In this document: positions 63,661 through 64,000 of the stretch, piece by piece | Position numbering within the stretch: the first letter of the stretch is position 1 | How the letters are laid out: each line of letters begins with the position of its first letter | Source: Haliotis rubra | Taxonomy: Eukaryota | Direction of reading: 5' to 3' | DNA length: 64,000 nucleotides | Assembly (NCBI RefSeq): GCF_003918875.1 | Contig: NW_025767002.1 | Span: 3,410,001-3,474,000 of the forward strand | Position numbers and translations under genes: made by a program | The notes under the pieces: generated by a model | What the model saw: the letters and a program-made list of their open reading frames with translations, nothing else | What the model was told of the DNA's origin: nothing | The model's database searches: none

Positions 63661-64000
63661 TCGAAACTATTGTCAGAATTTTTGGATACAATGACATGTG
63701 TTTACCAAGCCATCGGCAAGACCACCCAATCCCGTCAGTCGCCTCTTACAACAAGCAGGGGCTGGTGAAAATTGACAAGCATGGGTTCCTGAACGAGAGT
63801 GAGGGCAATGCATAAGTTCCGACATACGTTTAGACTATGTGTAACAACATCTATATTACACATAGTTCTTAATCTATCCTCCGAGTTAACACAAACAAAT
63901 CACACTTCCGGTCATCTAATTTGCATATTTATGCCACTGGGGTATGCCTTTCGTTTGATGCCATTCGCTTACGTTTAGGGTAAATGCTGTTGTTATAATT

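Noticed and set aside
47300-64000. Additional bZIP paralogs upstream of copy 5
   Set aside because: No 108-nt basic-region exon or zipper exon found by eye; a tBLASTn with the five bZIP domains would be needed to exclude degenerate relics

Overview
Eukaryotic, repeat-rich invertebrate DNA. The SINE families suggest a gastropod mollusc such as abalone, but that is inference. Three assembly gaps (17738-17898, 18767-19326, 50037-50191). The main content, broken up in the ORF track because it is spliced, is a head-to-tail array of five highly divergent Fos/ATF3-type bZIP transcription factor genes on the minus strand (about 5.4-8.1, 13.2-16.6, 24.6-28.0, 36.9-39.4 and 45.3-47.2 kb), plus a pseudogenised fragment of a sixth copy at about 9.05-9.33 kb. 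The copies share one architecture: a short first exon (not identified in copy 5), a long low-complexity exon, an exactly 108-nt basic-region exon and a leucine-zipper exon, with phase-0 GT-AG introns. The DNA-contacting residues differ between copies: canonical NxxAAxxCR in two, NxxSAxxSR in one, NxHHAxMSR in two. A 98-bp minisatellite arose from the stop-codon region of copy 2. The rest is satellites (61 bp, 45 bp), two abundant SINE families with a shared tail, LINE and Tc1 relics, fold-back MITEs, and local duplications carrying bZIP/NF-kB-like motifs. All gene models were read by hand from the sequence and have no transcript support here.
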